Source of the DNA: the human T2T-CHM13v2.0 reference genome, Homo sapiens
Assembly: GCF_009914755.1 (NCBI RefSeq)
Contig: NC_060947.1
Reading direction: 5' to 3' (one strand)
DNA: 64,000 nucleotides
Position numbers and translations under genes: made by a program. Below, piece by piece: positions 1-17,046 of the stretch (position 1 is the stretch's first letter; each line of letters starts with the position of its first letter). The notes under the pieces are model-generated. The model did no database searches and was not told the origin of the DNA. It worked only from the letters and a program-made list of their open reading frames with translations.

Positions 1-296
1 TGTGTTTTTTTAATCTATCATTAATTATGCAGAATTATCAGTCATTATTGCTCTATTTTTATTTTTTCTTTATTTTATTTTATTTTATTATTATTATACT
101 TTAAGTTTTAGAGTACATGTGCACAACGTGCAGCTTTGTTACGTATGTATACATGTGGCATGTTAGTGAGCTGCACCCATTAACTCGTCATTTAGCATTA
201 GGTATATCTCCTAATGCTATCCCTCCCCCCCTCCCTCCACCCCACAACCGTCCCCTGTGTGATGTTCCCCTTCCTGTGACCATGTGCTCTCATTGT

Positions 297-4113
<3,817 letters not shown>

Positions 4114-4176
4114 TATGATGTTAGCTGGTTATTTTGCTCATTAGTTGATGCAGTTTCTTCCTGGCCTTGATGGTCT

Positions 4177-5193
4177 TTACAATTTGGCATGTTTTTGCAG
4201 TGGCTGGTACCAGTTGTTCCTTTCCATGTTTAGTGCTTCCTTCAGGAGCTCTTTTAGGGCAGACCTGGTGGTGACAAAATCTCTCAGCATTTGCTTGTCT
4301 GTAAAGTATTTTATTTCTCCTTCACTTATGAAGCTTAGTTTGGCTGGATATGAGATTCTGGGTTGAAAATTCTTTTCTTTAAGAATGTTGAATATTGGTC
4401 CCCACTCTCTTCTGGCTTGTAGGATTTCTGCCGAGAGATCCGCTATTAGTCTGATGGGCTTCCCTTTGTGGGTAACCCGACCTTTCTCTCTGGCTGCCCT
4501 TAACATTTTTTCCTTCATTTCAACTTTGGTGAATCTGACAATTATGTGTCTTGGAGTTGCTGTTCTCGAGGAGTATCTTTGGGTCATTCTCCGTATTTCC
4601 TGAAGTTGAATGTTGGCCTGCCTTGCTAGATTGGGGAAGTTCTCCTGGATAATGTCCTGCAGAGTGTTTTCCAACTTGGTTGCATTCTCCCCATCACTTT
4701 TAGGTACACCAATCAGACGTAGATTTGGTCTTTTCACATAGTCCCATATTTCTTGGAGGCTTTATTTGTTTCTTTTTATTCTTTTTTCTCTAAACTTCTC
4801 TTCTCGCTTCATTTCATTCATTTCATCTTCCATCACTGATACCCTTTCTTCCAGTTGATCGCATCGGCTACTGAGGCTTCTGCATTTGTCAAGTAGCTCT
4901 CGTGCCTTGGTTTTCAGCTCCATCTGGTCCTTTAAGGACTTCTCTGCATAGGTTATTCTAGTTATACATTCGTTTAATTTTTTTTCAAAGTTTTTAACTT
5001 CTTTGCCATTGGTTGGAATTTCCTCCTGTAGCTCGGAGTAGTGTGATCATCTGAAGCCTTCTTCTCTCAACTCGTCAAAGTCATTCTCCATCCAGCTTTG
5101 TTCCGTTGCTGGTGAGGAGCTGTGTTCCTTTGGAGGAGGAGAGGCACTCTGATTTTTAGAGTTTCCAGTTTTTCTGCTCTGTTTTTTCCCCGT
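4177..5193 (-). pseudogene. L1 ORF1 (RNA-binding protein), disrupted
   Basis: Span 1017 nt (338 codons plus stop). Start codon reads ACG (5191-5193) and there is an in-frame TAA at 4762-4764. C-terminal 186 aa (KRPNLRLIGVP...QKHAKL) is open. Confidence 0.93.
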
Positions 5194-6222
5194 CTTTGTG
5201 ATTTTATCTACCTTTGGTCTTTGATGATGGTGACGTACAGATGGGTTTTTGGTGTGGATGTCCTTTCTGTTTGTTAGTTTTCCTTCTAACAGACAGGACC
5301 CTCAGTTGCAGGTCTGTTGGAGTTTGCTAGAGGTCCACTTCTGACCCTGTTTGTCTGGGTATCAGCAGCGGTGGCTGCAGAACAGCAGATTTTGGTGAAC
5401 CACAGATGCTGCTGCCTGATCGTTCCTCTGGAAGTTTTGTCTCAGAGGAGTACCCAGCCGTGTGAGGTATCAGTCCGCCCCTACTGGGGGGTGCCTCCCA
5501 GTTAGGCTACTCGGCGATCAGGGACCCACTTGAGGAGGCAGTCTGCCCATTCTCAGATCTCCAGCTGCGTGCTGGGAGAACCACTACTCTCTTCAAACCT
5601 GTCAGAGAGGGACATTTAAGTCTGCAGAGGTTACTGCTGTCTTTTCATTTGTCTGTGCCGTGACCCCAGAGGTGGAGCCTACAGAGGCAGGCAGGCCTCC
5701 TTGAGCTGTGGTGGGCTCCACCCAGTTCGAGGTTCCCGGCCACTTTGTTTACCTAATCAAACAACTAACTGGGCAATGGCGGGCGCCCCTCCCCCAGCCT
5801 CACTGTTGCCTTGCAGTTTGATCTCGGACTGCTGTGCTAGCAATGATTGAGACTCCGTGGGTGTAGGACCCTCCGAGTCATGTGTGGGATATAATCTCCT
5901 GGTGTGCCGTTTTTTAAGCCCATTGGAAAAGCGCAGTATTAGGGTGGGAGTGACCCAATTTTCCAGGTGCCATCTGTCACCACTTTCTTTGACTAGCAAA
6001 GGGAATTCCCTGACCCCTTGCGTTTCCCGGGTGAGGTGATGCCTCGTCCTGCTTCGGCTTGCACACGGTGTGCTGCACCCACTGTCCTGCACCTACTGTC
6101 TGGCACTCCCCAGTGAGATGAACCTGGTACCTCAGTTGGAAATGCAGAAATCACCCGTCTTCTGTGTCACTCACGCTGGGAGCTGTAGACCGGAGCTGTT
6201 CCTATTTGGCCATCTTGCTCTT
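5194..6222 (-). promoter_or_regulatory. L1 5'UTR internal sense/antisense promoter with YY1 motif
   Basis: CAAGATGGCC (YY1) on the minus strand at ~6208-6217. Typical L1PA 5'UTR with many decayed CpGs. Confidence 0.8.
5776..6039 (+). pseudogene. L1 antisense ORF0, prematurely stopped
   Basis: ATG at 5776 gives MAGAPPPASLLPCSLISDCCASND, then TGA at 5848-5850. The same frame continues as ORF-track 5857-6039 (GVGPSE...RVGVT). Confidence 0.85.
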
Positions 6223-6239
6223 CTCTATTTTTTCATCTC

Positions 6240-8021
6240 TCTCTTCATCTTTCTTCTTTCCTCCTCACTTCTCTCTTTCCGGTTTTCTCATTACACTTAT
6301 GTTATAGCCTTTATAATTGTCTCAGTTCCTGGGTAGTATGCTGTGAGTTTTTTTATTATTATTTTTCCTCTTTGCATTTCAGTTTTGTACGTTTTTACTT
6401 ACATTTTTTCAAACTCATCAATTTTTTGCTTGGCCCTGTCTATTCTGTTGATGAGTTTATCAAAAGCATTCTTGCCAGGTATGACGGCTCATGCCTGTAA
6501 TCTCAAAACTTTGGGAGGCCAAGGCAGGTGATCTCTTGAGCCCAGGATTCCAAGAGCAGCCTGGGCAACATAGTGATACTCCATCTCTACAAAAAAACCT
6601 TTTTTAGATTAGGCAGTCATGATTGCATGTGCCTGTAGTCCTACTTACTCAGGAGGCTAAGGCACAATGATTGCTTGAGCCCAGGAGTTTGAAGCTACAG
6701 TGAGACATGATCACACTGCTGCACTCTAACATGGACAACATAGAGAGATCCAGTCTTAAAATATAAATAAATACATAAATTAGAAAGCATTATTTATTTA
6801 TTTCTTTGTCATTGTTTTTTATTTTAACATTACCTTTTGATATTTTTAAGTTTTTAAAGTAATTCTTGCATTAATCATCTATTCTTGATTTTTTTTCCTG
6901 CTTTTCCATTAAAGCTCTTAGCATATTAATCACACTGGTTTTACATTTCTGGTCTAATAATTCCAACATGTCTGCCATATTTGAATCTGGTTCTGATGTT
7001 AGCTATGTCTCTTCAATAAAGTGTGAATAATGCGTTCTTAATGTGTGAATTGTGCAGTTCTTTCAGTTGTGTGCTGCTGGTATTATTCAGGAGTTACATT
7101 GGTGCGGTAGTAAGGTGTCAGGGGAGGGGGAATATTTTATGGTTCTATGATTAGGTCTAAACCTTTTAATGAATGTGTGCTAAGTCATTCTCTCTACCCC
7201 CATTAGATTAGACAAGAAGGCTTCTAGAGGGGGATAGATTTGGATAGTTTCCTTTCTCCATATTGAAGCCTGTAATTATCAGAAAATGGGTATTTTCCTT
7301 CCCCTGGATTACTTAGGCTCTGGTAAAACTCCAGCAGATTGGACTCTTGTGAAATAGTTTCCTTTGAGGGAATACCTTGGTAAGAACATAATGCTCTGAT
7401 CATTATTTCATAATGAATACACTTCCTTCTTTTCTGGCGTGAAGCAGGAGCAGGTTTTTCTCTAATTTTCACCATGAGAACCTGGTAAGGCTACAGGACG
7501 TAAAACTCACACGAGTGTTTGACCCTTCCTGGAAATTTTAACTCTCAGACTTGTTCACACTAAGCATTCAGCAATTATTCAAGTAAAGTTTAAGTTTTCC
7601 TATCTTTGTACTGGTTTTTATATATCGTGAGTGTTGTTACACCCCTGGAGTATTTCCATGGGGTTGAAAAAGAAAAAGTAAATATTATCAATAAAATCAA
7701 AAGCTATTTCTTTTATAAAACATTAAACTATTAACTATTGTCATGTCTTATCCAAATAAAGATGAGAAAAAACACAAATAAGTAACTTTAGGAGAGGATA
7801 ATGTTTCTTCTCCTCAGCTTCAGCTCCAGTACGTTGTGATTCTTTTTACCTGCTTGTCTGTGCTTCCAGTTTTGGGAGCAGAGTAGTTTGCCCTGTAACC
7901 TCAATTCTCTGATGAATCTAGAAAAAAATTGTTGATTTTTAGTTTGTTCAACTTTTTACTTAATTTGAAAATGGATGTGATGATTTCTAGACACCTTATA
8001 TGCTGGACTGAAACTGGAAGT
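6240..8021 (-). mobile_element. Ancient L1M (L1MC/MD-like) ORF1 and 5' region
   Basis: Degenerate T-rich antisense ORF1-like text ending ...GACTGAAACTGGAAGT, as in old L1M 5' ends. Interrupted by an AluJ and by an insert at 7621-7800. Confidence 0.6.
6473..6781 (+). mobile_element. AluJ
   Basis: Diverged dimeric Alu with J-type CTTGAGCCCAGGA motifs. AAAGCATT flanks both sides. Confidence 0.9.
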
Positions 8022-8401
8022 AATTTTGTTTTCTTAAGTGCCAACATCTGACAAATATTGTCTACAAAATAACATAATATTATTTATCTTTGTTATTTTA
8101 ATAAAAAATGGGTATAAGCAATATATGACTATATGTTCATATGCATTTTTTTCTCAGTACCATAGAAGAACTGAGATTAGTTTTCATTTCCCCTCCAACA
8201 CCCATTGCCCTTCCTTCAAATAATCACTGTTAACATTTTGGTATACAAGACTTCCAGACCTTTTTATACTGTTACCTATATAACTATGTCTCCATTGCTA
8301 TACCCACAAATCTATTTAGTTTTAAATATGTTGGTTTAAAGATGCATATATTATTCTTTAATAATTTTACATTATTTTTAATTTGATTACTTCCTCAATC
8401 A

Positions 8402-9630
8402 TAAAGTTACTTATTTGTGTTTTTTTCTTTTCTTTGTTTTGATCAGATATGACAATAGTTTAATGTTTTATGAAAGAAATGGCTTTTGATTTTATTGATA
8501 ATTTTACTTTTTGTTTTTCTTTCCCATGGAAGTTCTCCAGGGGTGGGGCAATGCTCAGTAAAGAACTATTCAAGCCTTGGTATGATTATGGATCAATCAA
8601 GGCAGTGGTCTACAAATTGCATAAGCTTAAAAGTAAATTGAAACTAATTATTTTATAACATTAAAATAATAAAATCATGCTAAAAATATTTAACCACTTT
8701 GTACACTTTGACTTTTTTCGTTCATGTTTTATTCTTCTTCTTATTTTTTTAATGGAGTCTCACTCTGTGGTCCAGGTTGGAGTGAAGCGCAACCTTCAAC
8801 TCCCAGGTTTAAGCGATTCTCCTGCCTCAGCCTCCTGAGTAGCTGGGATTACAGGCTTACACCACAACGTCCGGCTAATTTTTGTATTTTTAGTAGAGAT
8901 GGGGTTTTGTCATGTTGGCCAGGGTGGTCTCGAACTCCTGGCCTCAAGTGATCCTGCCTGCCTCGTCATCCCAATGTGCTGGGATTACAGGTGTGAGCAA
9001 CAATGTCCAGCCACTTGATTCTTTATTAATGTGTTTCTTTAGCTTTGTCAGAGGTTATTTTGTAATTCTTTTTAAGAATTGTTGACTTGAATGCTTAGTT
9101 CATTCATTTTTATTTCTTCTTGTTCTCTAATACATTGGTTCAAGACTAAAAATTTATCTGAATGTCATTTTGGCTACATTCCATACATTGTGATATATAA
9201 TGTCTTCACTATAATTTGTTTCTACCATCTGCATTTAAAATTGTTATTTCTAATTCAGGCAGTATATGCCAGCGTGTGGGTTTTTTTATTATTTGTTTTC
9301 AATTTTACACTGGACAGTTTATTTACCCTCTTCTTTGTATTTTATTTCCAGTTTCCTATGTGTCTTTGAACATGGTTACATTTTATTAATGTTCTTTGCA
9401 TGTTAGAGCATAATGTGCACTTTGTAATGTGTTCAGAGGAATTGATCTTTATCAAATTAATCTGATTACCTATGTTATTCACTTCTATTGTCTTGATTAC
9501 TTTTGTCTGTTTATTCTGTCATTTTCTTAAAAAACTCCAATTATGACTATAGAGTTCTTATTTTCTTAACATACATTCTATACTTTAATTTTCAATATAT
9601 TAATAAAATAAAAACTTATGGTTATTTCGT
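8402..9630 (-). mobile_element. Ancient L1M ORF2 fragment (interrupted)
   Basis: Degenerate antisense ORF2-like text (e.g. AAAGAAATGGCTTTTGATTTTATTGAT). Interrupted at ~8524-8708 and by an Alu. Confidence 0.5.
8745..9012 (-). mobile_element. Alu (S/Jb type) with small internal deletion
   Basis: GGAGTCTCACTCTG...GCTGGGATTACAGGTGTGAG. About 20 nt are missing near 8790. Confidence 0.9.
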
Positions 9631-10626
9631 AGCTTTGACTCAGAGGATATATTCTGACGAGATAGTAAATAGAGCCAAAGAACAAAATTGAGATCTGATA
9701 CCAGTCCCCCAGAGTTAAAACACACAGTACAGAAGTTGGGAGCTGAAACTTGGATGATTAAAATATCCTAGAAATGAAGCCAGCCAACTAAACCATCTTA
9801 TACCACAATCAAAATACAGAGCAATTTTCTGTATTAGTTTTGAAAAACAATGTACAAGTTTTGGTTTAAAAAAATTAAAATACATGTAAAAAAGTAGGCC
9901 AAAGCCTACAGTTAGAAAATAAGCCTTAAATAGCACAAATAAAAAAGCTCTCCTTCATGGATTAATTAAGGCAATGGTCTAAATAGCATATGCTTAAAGG
10001 TAAATTGAAACTAATTATTTTACGACATTATAATAATAAAATCATGTTTAAAATTTTCAACTACATTGTACACTTCTATTTTTGTGTGTAAAGACAGGTT
10101 CAGAGAAAGTGCTGGCACTGACAGCTATATGTAGGTTACAAGCTACAGCTGATAGTTCTATTCTTGAACTTAGTATAAACACAGCATGGAGAGAGAGACA
10201 AGGGTGAGAGAAGGGAAAGGAAAGTGCTTCCATTTCACCAAGCACATTTTATGTCATTTGTATATCAGGACATTTTCCTTAGCTATTGTTCTAGAAATAA
10301 TCTTAACGTTTCTGAATATTAAGCTTATTCTTGAGACACCCTAGCTTATTTTATTTGTAATGTATTTCTAGGAATTAGAAATAATGTTATTCATTCAATG
10401 CTCTAAGATTATGCTAATTTTTAAAAGAGGAAGAATCTTCACAATAAAATATCTTAATTAGAAGCAGCATAATTCTTATTCTTTATTCTACAAATTACAG
10501 ATATTTTGTTTATGTGGTTTAGTCTTGATATCTGAAGGAGAAAAAAAATAAAGTAAATCAAAAGGAAAGTACACAGAACACAAGACAGGGAGATATCTGA
10601 GATATTAACATATGCAGGAAATTGTC

Positions 10627-10930
<304 letters not shown>

Positions 10931-11141
10931 TCAAGGGCACACAGTAAATGAGCAATTTGTAAACTCTCAACAGACATTGGGGCCAAATATAGAAATTCTG
11001 ACTTTCAGTTCTAGCAGAGATTGAAGTGTAGTTTGATTTTCTGTTGTATGTGTGGGCCAAACTAATTAACAAGCAAAGTATAATTTCAAAGGTTTGGGAA
11101 ATGTACACATTGTAAATATAGTTGCATAGCAAATGAAGTAA

Positions 11142-11440
<299 letters not shown>

Positions 11441-11464
11441 AAAATTAATTAATTCTATATCAAA

Positions 11465-11530
11465 CATTAACTAGCTGTGTGATCTTGGACAAGTCACATA
11501 ATCTATTTTCTCCAATATTACTCCAGTATA
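11465..11530 (+). mobile_element. MIR core fragment
   Basis: CTAGCTGTGTGATCTTGGACAAGTCACATAATCT resembles the MIR core. Confidence 0.6.
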
Positions 11531-11716
11531 AAGTTCTGTGATTCCCATATATTTTTAAACTGATGTATTATTAAACAGATGCCATCATCCAGCCTTAGCA
11601 TCCAATCAGTAGCTAATGTAAATGAAAACGTAGGTAAATCACTCTACAATTCTCTGAAGCTATCAGCTGTTGTTTATAATATAGAGAATACATTTGAGAT
11701 AAATTATGCAGGTTTG

Positions 11717-11803
11717 ACAGTTGACAAAATACCTCAAACTTCCCTAAACTCTACTTTCTTACAGTTGACAAAATACCTCAAACTTCCCTAAACTCTACTT
11801 TCT
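11717..11803. repeat. Perfect tandem duplication, 44-bp period
   Basis: ACAGTTGACAAAATACCTCAAACTTCCCTAAACTCTACTTTCT at 11717-11759 and 11761-11803. Confidence 0.97.
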
Positions 11804-11857
11804 AAATAATCAAACTTTCTGTTGATTGTAATGTCAATAAGCCATGGAAATGTACTG

Positions 11858-14800
11858 TCAGATGACTGACAGCCAGGTGAAACAAGGAACAAGAACAACT
11901 GGTGAACTTCTAATGGATCTTCAGAGGTAAAGCACCGACAGTGGACAGAGGGAAGACACAGAAGCTGGGCTAAAGCAGGAGGAAGCTGGGAACCCTGCGT
12001 ACGACCACCATGCACCAGGACTTGTTCCTAGCTCCTAGTGACTCTGGGGGAACAGGTGAGTTGAACTGTCAAGAAACAACACACTTTCATCATGAGCCTA
12101 TGAAATCCTGGCATAGGAGACCCCTCAACCACTGTGGACACTTGAGTTGGCAGGGAGAGCTGCTTAGAGAATTGGTAAGGACAGCAAGGCTGCCAATGTG
12201 GAACCCAGAGAGTTTGGTGTGAAAGTGTCTGTAGTGGAGCACAGCCAGGATCACTCATCCCTGCTAAATGCCACTTGCTCCCAGAGAAGACTTTAGCCAC
12301 AGGGGAACTATCTGGAACTAAACTCTGAAGGACTGTCTTGCCATCAGATGGGGCCAGTCTGACCTGAGTATCTCTTGGTCTGCTGCCCTCTCCCAGGGCC
12401 TCAGCCCGACTGTGCCTGCTAGCAGTGCAGACTGACGTGTCCTGGGGGCCTACATCAGACTAACAATGGATCTCTGAATAGAAACCCTATAAGCCAGAAA
12501 AGATAGGGCACCAATATTCAACATTGTTAAAGAAAAGAAGTTCATATCCAGCTAAACTAAATTTCATAAGAGAAGAAATAATATTCTTTTCAGACAAGCA
12601 AATTCTGAGGGAATTCATTACCACCAGAGCTGCCTTAAAAGAGCTCCTGAAAGAAGCACTAAATATGGAAAGAAAAGATTGTTACTAGCCACTACAAAAA
12701 CACACTTAGGTACACAGAAGAGTGACACTATAAAGCAACCACACAAGCAAGTCCGCATAATAACCAGCTAACATCATGATGACAGGATCAATTTCACACA
12801 TTACAATATTAACTTTGAATGTAAAAGGGATAAATGTCCCCAATTAGAAGGCACATCATGGCAAGCTGAATAAAGAACCAAGATCTGATGGTATGCTGAC
12901 TTCAAGAGACCCATTACACATGCAATGGCATCTATATTCTCAAAATAAAGGGATGGAAAAAAACCTACCAAGAAAATGGAAAACAGAAAAAGGCAGGTGT
13001 TATAATAATAATTTCAGACAAAACAGACTTTAGACCAACAAAGATCAAAAAAGACAAGGGCATTATTACATAATGGCAAGGGGTTTAATTCAACAAGAAG
13101 ACTTAACTATCCCAAATATGTACACACTTATAAAGGAGTACCCAGACTCATAAAGAAACTTCTTAGAGACCATCCAAGAGACTTAGGCTCCCACCCAATA
13201 ATAGTGGGAGAATTTAACATAAAATATCAGACAGATCATTGAGGCAAAAAAAGGAATAAACATAATTAGGAAAAACTCAGCAGCAGATCAAATGGACCTG
13301 ATAAGATGCCTATAAACTCTCCACCCCAAAACAATAGAATATACATTTTTTTCCATTACCCCATGGGACATACTCTAAAATTGATCATATAAACAAACAT
13401 AAAACACTCTTCAACGCAAAAGAACTGAAATTATTAAAAACCACTCTGTCGAATGACAGCACAATAAAAATAGAATTCAAGACTAAGAAAATAGCTCAAA
13501 ACCAAACAATTACATGGAAATTGAATGAACTGCTCCTGAGTAACTTTGGGTAAATAATGCAATTAAGGCACAAATAAAGTATTTCTTTGAAACTAGTGAG
13601 AACAAAGACATAATATACCAGAATCTCTAGGATACAGCTATGGCAGTGATAAGAGGAAAGTTTATGGCATTAAATGCCAACATCAAAAACTTAAAAAGAT
13701 CTCAATTTAACAATCTAACGGCCAGGCATCATGGCTCATGCCTGTAATAACAGCACTTTTGGAGGCCGAGGTGGGTGGATCACTTTAGGTCACGAGTTCA
13801 AGACCAGCCTGACCAACATGGTGAAATCCCATCTCTACTAAAAATACAAAAATATAGCCAGGCATGGTGGTGTGTGTCTGTAATCCTAGTCACTCAGGAA
13901 GCTGAGACAGGAGAATAGCTTTAACCCAGGAGACACAGGTTGCAGTGAGCCGAGACTGCGCCACTATACTCCAGCCTGGGTAACAGAGTGATACTCTGTC
14001 ACAAAAATAAAATAAAATAGAAACAACCTAACATCCCAACTATAAGAACTAGAGAACCAAGAGCAAACCAACCCCAAAGCTAGCAGAAGACAAGAAATCA
14101 CCAAAGTCAGAGCTGAACTTAAAGAGATTGAGACATGAAAAGCCATTCAATCAATAGATCCAGGAGTTTTCTTTTTGAAAAACTTAATAATACACATAGA
14201 CTCCTAGCTAGAGTAATAAGAGGAAAAGAGGGAAGATGCAAATAAAGACAATTAGAAACAACAAATGGGATATTACCAGTGACCCCACAGAAATTCAAAC
14301 AACCATCAGAGACTATTATGAGCACCTATATGCACACAAACTGGAAAATCTGGAAGAAATGAACAAATTCCTGGACACATACACCCTCCTAAGACTGAAC
14401 CAGAAAGAAACTGAATCCGTGGACAGACCAATAGCAAGCTCTGAAATTGAATCAGTAATAAGTCGACTACCAACCAAAAAAAGCCAAGGACAAGACAGAT
14501 TCATAGCCTAAATTTTCCAGAAGTACAAAGAAGAGCTATTACCATTTCTACTGAAACTATTCCGAAAAAATTGAGGAGGAGATACTCATCTCTAACTCAT
14601 TCTATGAGGCCAACATTATTCTGATACATAACCTGGCAGAGATACAGCAAAAAAGAAAACTTCAGGCCAATATCCTTGATGAACATCAACGCAAAAATTA
14701 TCAACAAAATACTAGCAAACCAAATCCAATAGCACACCAAAAAGCTAACCTACCACAATCAAGTAGGCTTTGTCTTTAGGATGAAAAGTTCATTTAACAT

Positions 14801-17046
14801 ATGCAAATCATTAAATGTGATTCATTACAGAAACAGAACTGAAGACAATATCCACATGATTATCTCAATAGAGGCAGAAAAGGCTTTTGAAAAAATTTAA
14901 CACCGATTCAAGTTAAAAACCCTCAATAAACTACGTAATGAAGGAACACACCTCAAAATAATAAGAGCCATCTATGACAAACACACAGCCAACATCAAAC
15001 TTAAAAACCAGCACAAGACAAGGATGTCCTCTCACACTACTCCTATTCAACGTACTATTGGAAGTCCTGGCCAGAGAAATCAAGCAAGAGAAATAAATAA
15101 AAAGACAACATAATTCTATATCTAGAAGACCCCATAGTCTTACCCCAAAAGCTCCTTCAGCTGAAAAACAACTTCAGCAAATTCTCAGGATACAAAATCA
15201 ACATACAAAAACTACTAGCATTTCTATACCCACAAATTCAAGCTGAAAGCCACATCAGGAATGCAATCCCATACACAATAGCCTCAAAAAAGAATAAAAT
15301 ACCTAGGTATACAAATAACCAAGAAGGTGCAAGATCCCTACAATAAGAACTACAAAACACTGCTCAAAGAAATCAGAGACGACACATACAAATGGAAAAA
15401 ACATTCCGTGCTCATTGATAGAAAGAATCAACATTATTAAAATGGCCATGCTGCCCCAAGCCATCTATAGAATCAATGCTACTTCTATCAAATTACCAAT
15501 GACATTCCTCACAGAACTAGACAAATCTATTTTAAAATTCATATGGAACCAAAAAGAGCCTGAATAGCCAAGGCAATCCTAGGCAAAAAAACACAAAGCT
15601 GAAGGAATCACACTACCACTACCCAACTTCAAACTTTACTATGGGACTACTGTAAACAAAGTAGCATAGTACTGCTACAAAAAAAGACACATAGACTAAA
15701 GGAACTGAATAGAGAGCCCAGAAATAAGACCACACAGCCACGACCATCTCTGATCTTTAACAAAGCTGACAAAATTAGGCAATGAGGAAAGGAGTTCCTA
15801 TTTAATAAATGGTGCTGGTATAACTGCCTAGCCATATGTGGAAGACTGAAACTGGACCCCTCTCTTATACTATATACAAAGATCAACTACAGATGGATTC
15901 AAGACTTAAATGCAAAACCCAATACTATAAAAACCCTGGAAGACAACCTAGGCAATACCATTCTGTACATAGGAAAGGGCAAAATATTTATGCGTAAGAC
16001 ACCAGTAGCAATTGTAACAGAAGCAAAAACTGACAAATAGGATATAATTAAACAAAAGAGCTCTGCACAGGAAAATAAATAATCAGTAGAGTAAACAGGC
16101 AACCTCCAGAATGGGAGAAAATTTTCACAAACTGCATCTGAGAAAGGCCTAATATCTAGTACATATAGGGAATTAAAACAAATTTTCAAGAAAAAATACT
16201 TCATTAAAAAGTGGGCAAAGGACATGAACAGACACTTTTCAAAAGAAAGCATACATACAGTCAAAAAGTATATGAAGAAAAGCTCCACATCATGGATTAA
16301 TATAGAAATACAAATCCAAACCACAATGAGAAGCCATCTTACACCAGTCAGAATGGCTATTATTAAAAAGTCAAAAATTAACGGATGGTGGTGAGGTTGT
16401 GGAGAAAAAGTAATGCTTATACACTGTTGGTCAGAGTGTAAATTAGTTTGACCATTGTGAAAAGCAGTGTGGCAATTCCTTAAAGAGGTAAAAAGAAAAC
16501 TATAATTTGACCTAGCAAACCCATTACTGGGTATATACCCAAAGGAATATAAATCATTCTATCATAAACACTCATGTATATGTTCTTTGCTGCACTATTC
16601 ACAATAGCAAAGACATAGAATCAACCTAAATGTCCATTGATAGTAGACTGGATAAAGAAAATGTTGTATATATACACCATGGAATATTATGCAGCCATTA
16701 ATAAGAATAAGATCACGTTGTTTGCAGGAACATGCATGGATCTGGTGGCCATTATTTTTAGCAAACTAACACAGGAACAGAAAACCAAATACCACATGTT
16801 CTCACTTATAAGTGAGAGCTAAATGATGAGAACACATGAACACATAGAGGGGAACAACAGATACTGGGGCATAGTGGAGGGTGCAGGATGGAAAGAGGGA
16901 ATCAGGAAAAAAAAATAAGTAATGGGTACTAGGCTTAATATCTGGATGACAAAATAATCTATACAACAAACCTCCATGACATGGGCTTGCCTATATAACA
17001 AACCTGCTCATGTATCCCTGAACTTAAAATATAAGCTAAAAAAAAT
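11858..17046 (+). mobile_element. LINE-1, L1PA13-16 type, near full length with internal deletion
   Basis: 5'UTR piece to ~12450, then the ORF1 C-terminus, ORF2 start ATGATGACAGGATCA at ~12776, ORF2 remnants (14236-14511, 16637-16822), 3'UTR and A-tail at ~17040. Confidence 0.88.
13720..14020 (+). mobile_element. AluSx-like, inserted in L1 ORF2
   Basis: Full dimer. TSD AACAA(T/C)CTAAC on both sides. Confidence 0.93.
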
